Source: Utricularia gibba (lineage: Eukaryota > Plantae > Magnoliophyta). From it: a stretch of 64,000 bases of DNA. How positions within the stretch are numbered: position 1 is the stretch's first letter; every line of letters starts with the position of its first letter. Shown here piece by piece: positions 49,882 through 64,000 of this stretch. The stretch covers positions 930,001 through 994,000 of the forward strand of contig CM007989.1 of assembly GCA_002189035.1 (NCBI GenBank), given 5' to 3'. A program made the translations under genes and the position numbers. The notes beneath the pieces were generated by a model. The model did no database searches, was not told the DNA's origin, and saw only the letters and a program-made list of their open reading frames with translations.

Positions 49882-52800
49882 ATGGATTCCGAGGAGACGT
49901 TTATACGGGTGCAGGAGCGGTTCTCTGATATGTTGACTCCCAGAATAAGGGCTAACCTAGAGTATTTGTTCCTCTTCTTGGCGATCACCCTTTTCTCTAT
50001 TCTCGTTGTTATGCACGCTAATTATGTTCAGCAGGTCAGAATTTGTTTTTTTACGGTATCATCGTTGTGTTATGTCGTGTTTCTCACTGATTGTTTCTGA
50101 TGGGAGTTTCCTTCTTGAAGCCTGGCTGTTCAAGTGAATTTTCTAGTGTGCAAATGGCTGACACACAGTTGATTCAAATTAAGGTTCAGTATCTTCTTTT
50201 CTGTGGAGAACACGTAAATATGTATGCTTTTTGATGAATAACATTTTTTTTCTTTCTGCCATTCAGATAACCAGCGTGGGCTTGTGGATGAATAATGAGC
50301 ATCTGAATGATGATATTAAAGCAGACGCTCACAAAGAAAAGGAGAGGCACCCTGCTTCGGATGCAGATGACCCAACCCTATTCTCTGCACTCTCTCAGTT
50401 TAGCTGGATAAGCAGTGAAGTGGGAAACCAAATTAAAGAAGATGCTTTGGGATCCCCGCAGGAAATTTCTCCTGGCAATGAAAGGCTTAAGCTAGCTCCC
50501 AATGATTTGGCTGGAAAAGTTAGTAAAGATGTTAGGCGCAGGAGGCTCTATATGTATCCCGGGGAAGTTCTTAGGACAGCTATGCTTCATGTTTTGGAAA
50601 AGTGGCGTGGACGCATGTCTTTCGTTTTGGGATTGGTGATGCAAGGTTTTGGAGCTATAGGGGTCTGTAAATATGTTTTGTATTTCTTACTCTGTTTTAG
50701 TGAATTAGTTACTGACGGTTTACCATGTTTCATGTATTACTGTGTAGGATGTTTCTGGGGTAAATTTGAACATTGATGTTATCAAGTGGATAAAAGTGCT
50801 GCATTTGGATAAGCTGAATTCATTTGCAGGTAGCTAATTATTACTCCATCTTGCCACTGCACTATTTCTTTTGTTGAGTGTACTCAGATCTGGCTGCGCT
50901 CATCTTTCTCAGTGCAGTGGCTTGAAAAGAGAACCAAATTATTTGAGCCTGTGTATCTGTATACCACAGAGAAGGTGTGTTATGTCTTTTCATGAAATGT
51001 TTTGAATATTTTACCGTGCCTTTTCTGCTATGCTGAAATAATATTTGTCGTTTAATGCTGCGTGCATTTCATTTTAAGGGGTACCTTCTGTTATCTGAAG
51101 AATCTAGATCAAGACATGGAATCAGAACCGTTAATATCAACCTTTCCGCAAGGGACAGTTGCTTCGGAAACAGGTACTTGCAACACCATTATATTTCTTT
51201 GGCTAGATCATGAGGTTTCCTTTCTCATAATTGATATTATCCGGTATGTTCTGGATAGAAGAACCATGGCCTTCAACATCTAGGCCTCCTTAAACTGTTT
51301 CATTACCTCATTCTATGTTTCCAACTGTTTACTCATACCACTTAGTGGGTTCAGTATTTTACTGAATTCTCAACAAATTATCTCTCTGCTCAGGTGGCAA
51401 CAGCTCTTAATAAACAGGATTGTAGGATATGACACTATTTTGATGAATAGCTTCTTGAACTCTCCTGGACAAGGTACTTGGGGTGCTTTCTCTCACTCAA
51501 TCTTCGCACTCTGGGCCTCATTTTCAGATTAAATTGTTCAATCAAACATAAAGCATTTTTTTAACCCAACAGCTTCACCAATGAGTAGCTTACATTAATC
51601 ATTGTTACAGGTTATCTTTATAATTACCAAACAAGGGAACTGTATAATCTTACTTATGCCCGAGAACAGCCTGAAAGTTCTATGAAAATTGGAGGTAATC
51701 ACTTTTTATTTCCAAATTTTATTTCCTAGAATTTTTTGTTTAAATATTTTCATGCATTGCCTGTCTTCCTAGTCCTCCCACACAAGCAGCAACTGCTGCT
51801 GTCTTCCCCATGTGATAATTAAGCTACCGCAATCTTCTTTGGCACGCTCCATTGTTTCAAACCTCAGAAATATCAATGTTGCAGTAACAAATGATCCTTC
51901 ATGAACATAGCTAATGGTGGTTTTCACGTCCATTTGTTGTAGACTACTTGGTGACCAAGTCTGGAGTGCTGATGATGTCACTTTTTGTTTTCTTCACAAC
52001 CACAATGTCTGTATCATTTACACTGAGAGAGACCCAGACTCGCATGCTGAAATTTACAGGTTTGGTTAACCGAAAAAGTAAATGGAATCTCTAAAGTTTA
52101 ACATCTTTTGCCACTAGAAACCTGGACTATTAACTGCTTCAAAAGAAACACAGCTGCATATGTCTATCATTTTTGGAACTTTGATTTTTTTGTTTTGTTG
52201 TTTTTTTTGTATTTCACCAATCATTTAGTTTCATATATTTGATCTCTCTTAAAAATTGGTCTCTCCCTCTTTGCAGTTCAATTGCAGCATCATGCTCGAC
52301 ATAGACTTCCAACTTTTCAATTAATCTTTGTCCACGTGCTAGAATCGCTTGTTTTTGTTCCTGTGAGTAAAAAACATTACATCAGCTTTTCTCACTATTT
52401 TTCCTGATCCTGTTATGAGATAGCTCGTCTGTGTATGCAGATAATGATTGGAATTCTGTTTTTCCTATTCGAGTTTTATGACGACCAGCTATTGGCTTTC
52501 ATGGTTTTGATTCTGGTGTGGATCTGTGAATTGTTCACTCTTGTCAGGTTTTTCTTCTCCCAAATGCAACTCTACCCCCCTACCCCTCTTGAATCGTAAG
52601 ATGAAATAGCATATGCGAGAGGACTAATGATGTCAAAACAGTAGATGTAGTCGAAGAAATGGAAAAAGGGCGTCCTTGACAGTAAACATGCGATTGTTAG
52701 AGAAACTTTTGTTGATGTGTCACTTGGGGTGTGTTATAACATCTGAAGATGTAGTGGGGCAGAACAGTTTCTTTATTGTTTTGACACTGAATTTTTGTCT

Positions 52801-53611
52801 CTTGTACAGCGTCCGAACTCCCTTATCCATGAAGTTCTTTCCTCGCTTCTTCTTGCTCTACTTCATGGTGTTTCATATATATTTCTTCTCCTATGCATAT
52901 GGTAATGTGCCTCCTTTTTTTAACCTTAAAGAGTCCAGTTACTCTGTCTTATTTGTCCTCTGATTAGCTATACGTTATGCTTGCTTGCAGGGTTCTCGTA
53001 TTTGGCACTTTCAACGTGTGCCGCCTTCATGCAGCACCTCATCCTCTACTTTTGGAACAGATTCGAGGTATATCTGCACGCATGATTCTTTACATCGTTG
53101 GGGTCATGATCATGCACCTATAAGACGGACGGTGACCTCTTGATGATTAAGAAAAGCAGAGCCTGTGAATATTTTTTGATGGCAGGTTCCAGCTCTTCAG
53201 AGATTCATGCAGAATCGAAGATCACATCTGAACCAGCATCCTGACTTTCACATAACGTCATCTACGATTCTTGCATCCACTTTGCGGATCACAAGACTAA
53301 GGACAAGGAACCATTCAGTGGGTGCAAATCCTGATTTGGCATCAGAAACAGTAGCTCCCGTAGAGCGTCGAAGATCACCATTTCCCACAGAAGAAGAAGA
53401 AGAAGAAGAGGAGCATCATTCTGCAGGTGGAAACGCTGCTGTCGATGACATCGGAAGAGAATCAGTGCTCCGGCAACAAGAAGGGGGGCCTCTGAGTTCA
53501 CTTCTGCTGTGGATTCTTGGGGGAGCACCTTCACAAGGATTGAACTCTTTCCTGGCCATGTTTCGTGACTTGAGAGATCAAATATATGCACACAATGTAA
53601 TGCAGCAATGA
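49882..53611 (+). CDS. Membralin (TMEM259)-like protein, about 13 exons
   Basis: MDSEETFIRVQERFS...LEYLFLFLAITLFSILVVMHANYVQQ | PGCSSE, GYDTILMN, TLRETQTRMLKFT, LIFVHVLESLVFVP | IMIGILFFLFEFYDDQLLAF, FPRFFLLYF, WNRFE | VPALQRF. Confidence 0.9.
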
Positions 53612-53819
53612 CCACTTGGAGACTTGCTTGCTGCTATATGCTTCATCCTCGTTGTATATTTCGAGTTTTTGGAAAGCAAGTTACTGCAAGAACTGTGAAC
53701 AAGAAGAAGGAACAAAGACAGAAATACTCCGATGTTCAAACTACTCAAAAAGCTGAGGAAACAAGTAATGGGAAAAACAAAAGCAGACAGGATTAGCAAG
53801 CAGCTGGAGCACTGAATCT

Positions 53820-54805
53820 CTAGTCGTAGTACGCTCGATAGTTGTTCATCTGATACTGCGGGATGTAGTCTTGCGCATCCTCGCCGTTATCCTCCGTCGA
53901 AAATGGAACCATCGCCGTGCATTGGGCGTACGGTGGCGGCTGAACCGGCTGTATCATCGGAACATACTGTGGTTGAACCGGAGGTGAAATCACCGGGGGT
54001 AATGCCTTCCTAGTTGCCTGGGATTATGACCGATCGTATCGCCGGCGACACCGCAGTTGGATGACTCGTAGATGAACTGTTGAATTGAAGCGCATTGTAT
54101 GTTCCCGGTGTTAGAGCCTTCCCTGAAGTTCTCATTGGTCAGTAGCATCATCAGTGAGTTTTGCTGCATCTCTTGATGATGATGTTGATGATGATCGGAG
54201 TACGGATACTGAGGATACCCCTCGTACGGCTTCACGGCGGGCGTCAGGGGATTGATAACTTCAAACCCTTGCATCGCCGCCGCAGGATTGTAGAAGGGGA
54301 CGAAGCTCATATCCATCAGAGCCGTCTGTTCTTGACTCCTCAAAAATTCGATCCTGGATTTGACATAATCCAGTCTCTCCATCAACTCCGCCGCGAATGC
54401 GCGCAGTTTGGACTCCGGCACGGCGTTGATGAAATCGATCTTGGTCGGATACTTGGCTTCCAAATTCTTCTTCCTCAGTTTGGCAAGATCATCCTCCACC
54501 TTCTTCTTCCTGTCCTTGAAGAAATCAGTGAGGCCGAATGTCTTGTTGCCGGATTCCCTCGTTTTGGACTTGTAGATTTCCACAATACGGCGCACTTCTT
54601 CCGGGTTCTCCGGCCAAATCTCCGGTTCCACGACGGCGGCGCCGGTTTCCTGCTTCGGACAGTAGATGATCATGCATGCACTTACATCGCACAGCGTAGT
54701 AAACTCCACCATCTTCTTGATCAGACCTGCTTTCCTCTTCTTGAAAGTTGCAGTCCTTGATCTCTCTTTGCTGATCAATTCCATACTCAACTTTGCCCTC
54801 CCCAT
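53820..54805 (-). CDS. Type I MADS-box transcription factor (M-beta, AGL82/AGL103-like), intronless
   Basis: MGRAKLSMELISKERSRTATFKKRKAGLIKKMVEFTTLCDVSACMIIY. The ORF as given stops at 53990; one added C at 53995-53999 extends a P/Q/Y-rich tail to TAG at 53820-53822. Confidence 0.85.
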
Positions 54806-55888
54806 GTCCCCCCTTCAGACAAAGAGATTAACCAGAGATGAATTCAAGAAGGTGTCATCATCATTCTCCTCCTTGTAATAAAACGACCAGAATATTACCT
54901 TCTTTTGACAGAATCTCAACCCTTTTTAAACTTCTCATTATTACCAAGAATAGCACGCTCCAATTTAATTTATTATTATTTATTTGTTATGGGATATTAA
55001 ATTTGTCAAAATTAAATCATTAAATAATAGTGGATTTTAATGGGAATAAGTAAATGAATATACTCAGACTGTGGAAGTTAGTTACTCAATTAATGATGCT
55101 TACAAACATTTAATGACATCATTAAATTAAGCGGACAGGGGACTGTCTGTATGCAAGAACGGATCTAACGGAATTCTTGAAGGCGGAAGATCAAATCTTT
55201 GACCGGCGACGAGGAGTCGATGCCGTGGCTTGGTTTTCGCTGATTTTCCGACTGCGGCGAGCGCTTTTTTCTCGTCGGGGGAAGTAGTGGATATTGGGGT
55301 GGCATCTGAGGGGAATGGATTCCGGGAGCGCGTTGGTTTTGTGCGGTGGAAAAGCTGTGGATGGGTAAAATGGCGTCGGTATAAAAATGAAAAATTGGAT
55401 GAGAGATGAGAATTGGACGAACTCTTTTTGGATTCTGAGCAAGTATGCTGCCAAGCTCATGTCTGAAGTGGGCAGTGGTTGGAGCATGCAGCCAGGTTTG
55501 TGTTGTCCATCTTGATCCTGTTGTCACTTCCTCTTACGTAGAAAGGACAAAAAATGCCTCAAAGCTGCAGCTCAGCTGCTGATGATCATGGGCTTACAGC
55601 TCTGCTCCACTTGAGCCGTCTGTAACAACAATCCTCAAGTGCTGCAGCAGCACCAACAGCAAGGAAGCAAGGTTCTGTGTTTAGTTTACTTGTAAAAGAA
55701 ATGGGCTTGGAAGTAGTGAAACTGTCAAGTGCTAACGTAGCAGACACAGAGGAATGAATATATAACCGCAACTAGATATCATAGAAGTAGACTGATAATC
55801 AGTCAGCACTACACGGGATGAGGTTGATCAATAAGCTATCATTATTTCTAAGTAGTTGGTCAGTTACTTGGGTGCATCATCATTCTCT

Positions 55889-57384
55889 CTATACCTGGTT
55901 TCCAGCTTTCTCCTCTAACTCTATTTCCTTACTCTTCTCTTCTTCAGCGTTTTGCTGTTCCATTTTTTTGGCTTCTTCAGCTCTTTTCTTAGATTCTTCA
56001 AGAGCTTCTACCAATCTCATCAAACGGGAGTCTGCATCTTCGTCAATGTGCTTCGGCATCAGATTCTCTGCAACATCAGCTGGAGTTATCTCTGTTTTCT
56101 GGAGAAGAAGTTGGATTCTGGGAAACAGTTCATGGGAAGAAGAAAGCCCAATTCCGAGATAGTTGTTAGCAAGAACTCTAAATGCTTCATATCCACAGTA
56201 TGGTAACTCGATGTGTTTATCCATTCTGCCTGCCCTGATCAAAGCAGGGTCCAGTTTTTCGATATCATTCGTCGTGAAAACGATGATCCTTTCCCCCCAC
56301 AAGCAGACCAAAGCCCATCGATGAAGTTAAGCAGGCCTGATAAAGTAACTTTGCTCTTGTCATCGTCTCCTCCGGGATTGATCTCCGTTTCCTTAATGGG
56401 GTCCTCTTTCTCCTTATTCTTCTTCTTCCTATCCCCTGTTAGATCAAGTGAGCAATCAATATCCTCGATTACGAGGATCGATTTGTTGGAAGTATCGATC
56501 AGCAGTTTCCTCAATGCTGTGTTGTTTTTAACAGAAGTTAGCTCAAGATCATAGACATCATACTCCAGAAGATTCGCCATGGCGGCGATTATGCTCGATT
56601 TTCCGGTACCCGGCGGGCCATAAAGAAGGTAACCGCGTTTCCAAGCTTTACCAACTCTAGCATAGAAAGATTCTGATTTGCTGAAATTGATCAAATCGTT
56701 GATCAGCGCTTGCTTCTTTTCAGGATCCATTGCCAGAGTTTCGAACGTCGAAGGATGCTTGAAGAGAACATGACCCCAAGAACCCTGTTCTCCAGAGTAG
56801 CTACGCCATTCATCGGCGCGGGTGTTAGTGTACAACTTGCGGCGGCGCTCTCGTACGGCGATTTCTTTCCCTTCTTTGAGGACATGCTTCAAATACTCGG
56901 TGGTAATGATTTGCATGTGCTTTTTGTGAAACCGGAGATCGAAATAATTCTCCTCCGATGCGTGCCACGGCATTCCTTGACCCCCAAACACCGTCCTCCT
57001 CCTCAAAGCCCACCATACCTTAATCCCTTGGAAATAATCTGCAACTTGCTCGGAATCCGCCATGGCCAAAACAACGGCTTCAGAATCCTCCACGCTCGCC
57101 TGAAGACGCTTCACCTGCGCAATCGCAGCGCTGTTGAGGTGCCTCTGGATGTCGACGAACGCGCTGCTCCGCTTAAAGCTGTCTCCGGTGTGCTCGGGGA
57201 AGGTAATTTCGATGTACGGGTTGAAGAACTTGATCAATAGTTCCACGTAGTTCCGGAGGACGGCTACAAACCGCTGGGGGAAATAGTTCTGGAACATGGT
57301 GTACGCCACCGTGGCAGCGCCGATCGTGGATGTCCATCGCGGCAACATTTCGGCCGCGGCGCCGGCGAATCCCCTCAAGTTCAT
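55889..57384 (-). CDS. AAA-ATPase, ASD/BCS1-like, intronless; one apparent 1-nt frameshift
   Basis: HPSTFETLAM, RVGKAWKRGYLLYGPPGTGKSS (Walker A), YDLELT, ILVIEDID (Walker B), VTLSGLLNFIDGLWSACG(G)ERIIVFTTN, LDPALIRAGRMDKHI, ITPADVAE. The frame changes at the G run 56293-56298; the repaired ORF is 499 codons. Confidence 0.92.
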
Positions 57385-57428
57385 GTCACCTCGATCACAC
57401 TACAAAAAATGAGACGCTCCGAGCATCC

Positions 57429-57461
57429 TTTTATATACCGACCCCTGTAAATCCTCACGTG
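57429..57461 (-). promoter_or_regulatory. TATA box and G-box upstream of the AAA-ATPase
   Basis: TATATAAA on the minus strand at about 57429-57436, and CACGTG at 57456-57461. Confidence 0.5.
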
Positions 57462-58200
57462 GACTTATCTTTAATCAGTAAACTTTTTTTCTTTTAATAA
57501 AATAACTAATTATGCCTAATTGTTTAAATGATACTTACTATACAATTTTCAATAAATTAACCCCATAAAGTATAATTTTCCTCCAAATATTAATATTTTT
57601 ATTTTAAAAAACAACAAATATTACATCATTTTGGTAGCGTGGGGGCAACAGCAACGTGCATATCAATGCCCAAGCACAGACATTAGGGCAAAAGATACAG
57701 TTTCTATTAAAAGATTATTATTCTAATATCACATGCCACTTTTAACGTGCCACAAAGTTGTGACATCCACGCGAATGTGCTTCACCATCCAAACACGACC
57801 AAACACATCATTTACGAAAATCATCCCAAATTAGAAAAATATCGATATCCCACATTAGTTATAAATAAAATAAAAAAATGTGTTTAAATAAAAAGAATAC
57901 TTAATATTGTATAAAATCTTATTTTCATACAAATAGGATCATGAAATTGTAAGGATTTAATGACGAAAACATACAATATCAAGGATGCTGAGTTGAGGTT
58001 ATTGATTAAGATTATGTGGATTAAAAGCTAATGAATGATATATGGAGGAGAAACTCCTCATCAGATAGATAGATAGATAGCTGCTGCTGCTTATCCACGA
58101 CAAACGGAGAGATGGGGGGGATCACTAGCTTGTTCCTGGTCACATGAACCTTCTTCATTCTGAGCAAAACTGTGCAAGAGGCATGGCGATCGCTAGCATT

Positions 58201-60452
<2,252 letters not shown>

Positions 60453-61350
60453 GGATAGGCGTATTTGCAGGGAAATGGATGAATCTTGGAGATCGTTGAT
60501 TGAGGACTGGGGTTTATAGGAAGGGGGAGGCCAGTCAAGAGGAAAAAAAGGAATTTACGCTGGAAAGAGATAGAGAAGCTTCACTTGTATTATTTTACAA
60601 ATTAAAATATCAAAAAACAAGAAAAATTGACTTTTTTTAATTTTCAATTTTTACCGAAACCGTGTCAAACATTATTTATTTATTTTTTATTTTATTTTAC
60701 CAATTCTTGCCGAGACGCAGAGCGTCTTCGTCCATCCAGGGTTTGGCCCCGGACCTGAAGATGTACCGGAGATCATTTTTCCGGTGTGCCGCCGGTTCTA
60801 CTGGATTTCAATCCCGTGCGGGTTCACTTCCGATCTGCAACTTGGCATTTAAAACAAACAGGGATACAGTACAGGGGTCACGTGAGACGAAGAAAAGCGC
60901 CAAACTTCCCGCTTTGCCGACCGGGAATCCACATCTTGTTTCTACGGCCCAAATTCTTGCTCCTTGGAATCGTGTGGCTAATCGGATTTTGCGAGGTAGG
61001 GGCTTCGATTAATGTTGTGATTTTTCTATTCATGAATTATTCTTGGCCCCATTTGAGCCTGGCGTCATGTTAGGGAGGAATTCATGATTTGTGACCCGAC
61101 CCGACCCATATGAATCAAGCACGGATCTGGTAGGCTAGAAGAGCCTACCATTTGGAGGATCCACAATATTGTGTGTAGTTTGTGTATGGTTGTTTTTCTT
61201 TTAACTCTTCGCTTCAAGTTCTCTGTGTTTGTATCCAATTCTTTCCATTTCCACATTGCCAAGTTCATGTTCTTAACAATCATGTTTATTTTTGAGCATC
61301 TCACGTGTGGAGAAGACAGCCTCCCAGAATTCACCATGGCCCCTTTTCCG

Positions 61351-62780
61351 TCATGCTTCAATCATCTGCAATTCTTGGGTACCGGGTAGCGGGTGTGTGG
61401 AGTTCGCAGGTTCTTCCTCTGTTTTCCCGTTGCCACTGATCTGCGTCGAATAGGGGAGCAGTCCCTTTTCACGGCAAGTGTCAATGGCCCCTCTGAACAT
61501 GTCCTCGAAGCTGTACTTGAAGGAGAACCCCAAGTCCTTGAGCTTCTTGGAGGAGAAACTCACCACAGGTATGTCCTTGTCGATGCCTTCAAACCTGTTG
61601 AGATCTAGTGTCATTTCATCATGTTCATCTGTACGAGGAAGGCAAGGCTTGATCTTACTCGGTCGGGATGAGATACTCCGGCCACGTCGACCTGATCATG
61701 TCGGCGAGACCATAAATAGTTGCATCATGGGAGGAGCATATGTATCTCCCTCGGCTTTAGGGCTCTCGTATATGAATATTTGAGCCTCACAGAGATCATC
61801 TACATGAACATACTGCCCCTGCTTTATGATTGAGTAGTGAGCTTCGTTCCCTGTCAAGCATTTCATCGAACACCATTGGCATCACCATCGCCTCGGCAGT
61901 GGAATTCAATTTTTGACTTTCACTCACCAGTAATAGGTGCAAGCGCGGTGATCAGGCTCGGAGGCATGGTGGAACTGATGAACGGCCCGACCACCACCGG
62001 AGGTATGATGCTGATGAAGTTTATCCCGCTCTTCTCTGCCTCTTCCATGGCGGCTCTCTCCGCCAGAATCTTCGACACGAAGTACATCTGCGTACACCGA
62101 TTACAATTACCACAACTGCCACGATCATGCGAATCGCCGGCGCTAAGTAAGTAACTAACCCATCCCGTCATTTTTGTAGCGAGAATGAAATCGTAGTCGC
62201 TCCAGTTGCTCTCGTCGTACACCGGCTTCTGCTGCTTCTCGACGTTTAAGGTTCCGGCGGAGTTCGTGAACAGCAGCTTCTTCACTGTTTCCGCCTTCGC
62301 GCATGATCTTATGATGTTGAGCATCCCTTCTACAGTGGGCTTGATCACTTCATTCTATCATCATAAAACCAGCATAATGCATCGTGGCCACCCCTTTTTA
62401 TAACACAAAATCGTAGTGTGAGTACCTCCGGATCGTCCGACTCGAAGTCCATCGGAGTGGCGAGGTGAAACACGGCGTCGCAGCCTCGGAAGGCTTCGTC
62501 GAAGCTGCCGGCAACGTTCAAATCGGCCTTCAAGAGCTTCAGCCTGGCGTCCGCGTGAGGCAGTTCTGTGAGGCACTTCACCTTCTCCCTGTTCTCTGCA
62601 GACCGGAGGCTCAAAGTGAGCATCATGAAGCTACAGATGGCAATCATGAATCCCCTTACCCGGATCACGAACCGTGGCACGAACAATGTATCCCCGTTCC
62701 AGAAGCCTCATTACGAGCCACGAGCCGATGAACCCAGAAGCTCCGGTGACGCACACGGTGGCCGGTGAGGTTTCCGCCAT
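61351..62780 (-). CDS. DFR: Dihydroflavonol 4-reductase, 6 exons; apparent 1-nt frameshift in exon 5
   Basis: [39 protein letters not shown] | [15 protein letters not shown] | [27 protein letters not shown] | [19 protein letters not shown]. Exon 2 is 170 nt and exon 3 is 195 nt (canonical); exon 5 is 192 nt against the canonical 193. Confidence 0.95.
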
Positions 62781-62851
62781 ATCAACAAATGCTGTGGAGG
62801 TTGGTTGCTCACTGGACACTCCTCTCTCTGAACAACACACCGCACTACACA

Positions 62852-63040
62852 GCTTCATATATGAAGCAAAAATGGAAGGCAACCATCCTCTCAACCCCCA
62901 AAACGGTGGTTGCACGAGGCACGTGACCACTCTCCATGCTCATTTCTTCTCCGTTTTTTTTTTTGTATTAAAATTTCCAAGTAATACAAGAAAAAAAAAA
63001 AAAAACCCAACGCCTGCATTCACCAACTAACTAAAACCAC
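62852..63040 (-). promoter_or_regulatory. DFR promoter: TATA-like palindrome, MYB-recognition element and bHLH G-box
   Basis: GCTTCATATATGAAGC at 62852-62867, AACCACC (ANCNNCC-type) on the minus strand at about 62906-62912, CACGTG at 62920-62925, and CACCAACTAACTAA at about 63021-63034. Confidence 0.55.
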
Positions 63041-64000
63041 TTCCCTGGCCGGTACCATGTGTTGGGCTGCCGAGTAGAACTGAAGAACTACTTTTTTTCT
63101 TCCCCCATGTTTTTCATTTATTTTGAAATTAAAAAGGTTTTCCAAATATTTTGTGATTTTATCAATGAAATTTATAATTAAAAATATTACAAAATACGAA
63201 AAGCAAAACCCGATCAGATGACATCATCAAGACATCATGAAAACAAACAATATAAAATAAATAAGATTGATAGGTTTCGGTACACCAGTCCCCGGTCACC
63301 CCCCTCAAAGAAAATGTCTTCATATGATATTTTTTTGACCCACCTCCCCTTGTCCAAATGTCTAATCCATGAACACACGCATACCAAGTAATGTCTTAAT
63401 TTTTAATAAAATTACATCAAAATTTCAGATTCTGGATTTTTTCTTTCTAAAATTAAGAGGATGTTATAATCTACTTCTCACTTTTCATTTTCCTTGTTCT
63501 TATAATGAGAAGTAATAAATATTTCATTTTCTTTCTCATTATTATAAGTAAATTGCACGTATAATATATTCTATTTGAAAATGAGAATATAAAATGCGAA
63601 TGATATTTTTATTCTAATAACAAAATGTATTTTTCGAGCACTCAAACCGGCTTATGTAGGCATTTGAAAAAATACATTATTTTTTAAAATTGTATTTCTA
63701 AATATCCACATGAATCGTTATTAATGTTGTAAATGTATAATATTTTTTAAACATTTTTTCAACATCTACAACAGCTTACGTGGATATCTATAAAATATTC
63801 TCCGAAAATTGTCGAAATTTTCTTTTTCGGATCAAATTCAAAGGAGTAAGATTTTCAAGCTCGGCGACTCCTTTGCTTTTCAACAAGTCCTTCCTTCCTT
63901 ACTTGAGGAAGAACATTATGGTTGACTGATTAAAAAAGGCAGACTATTTCCATTTAATAATTAAATAATATTATATTTTGGTGAATATCGAATTGGAGAC

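Overview
Gene-dense nuclear DNA from a flowering plant. Short introns, tight intergenic spaces and a DFR with the IIPP motif suggest a compact-genome asterid eudicot (inference; species not determinable from sequence). I support 19 protein-coding genes. In order: SEC14/SFH9-like (partial), cohesin RAD21/SYN4, stearoyl-ACP desaturase, CHX antiporter, RPN12, CYBDOM copy 1, LRR-VI pseudokinase, MDL/HOTHEAD-like GMC oxidoreductase, EMC10, PP2C, UBR7, CYBDOM copy 2, DOG1-like, carboxylesterase, NIP5;1, membralin, type I MADS, ASD/BCS1-like AAA-ATPase, CDPK and DFR. The most unusual part is 37.1-42.7 kb. There a SPIKE1 (DOCK-family ROP-GEF) pseudogene is collapsed to about 2 kb, and a second decayed copy of its 3' end forms direct repeats around a cassette holding the DOG1-like gene and a recent inverted duplicate of the CYBDOM locus from 20.5-22.4 kb. 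Other points: AUG-stop micro-uORFs upstream of NIP5;1, four GC-AG introns, and nine apparent 1-nt deletions, all in G/C runs, that break eight otherwise intact genes and are most likely consensus-sequence errors. No rRNA, tRNA, CRISPR array or intact transposon was recognised. All family assignments rest on motif recall, not database searches.
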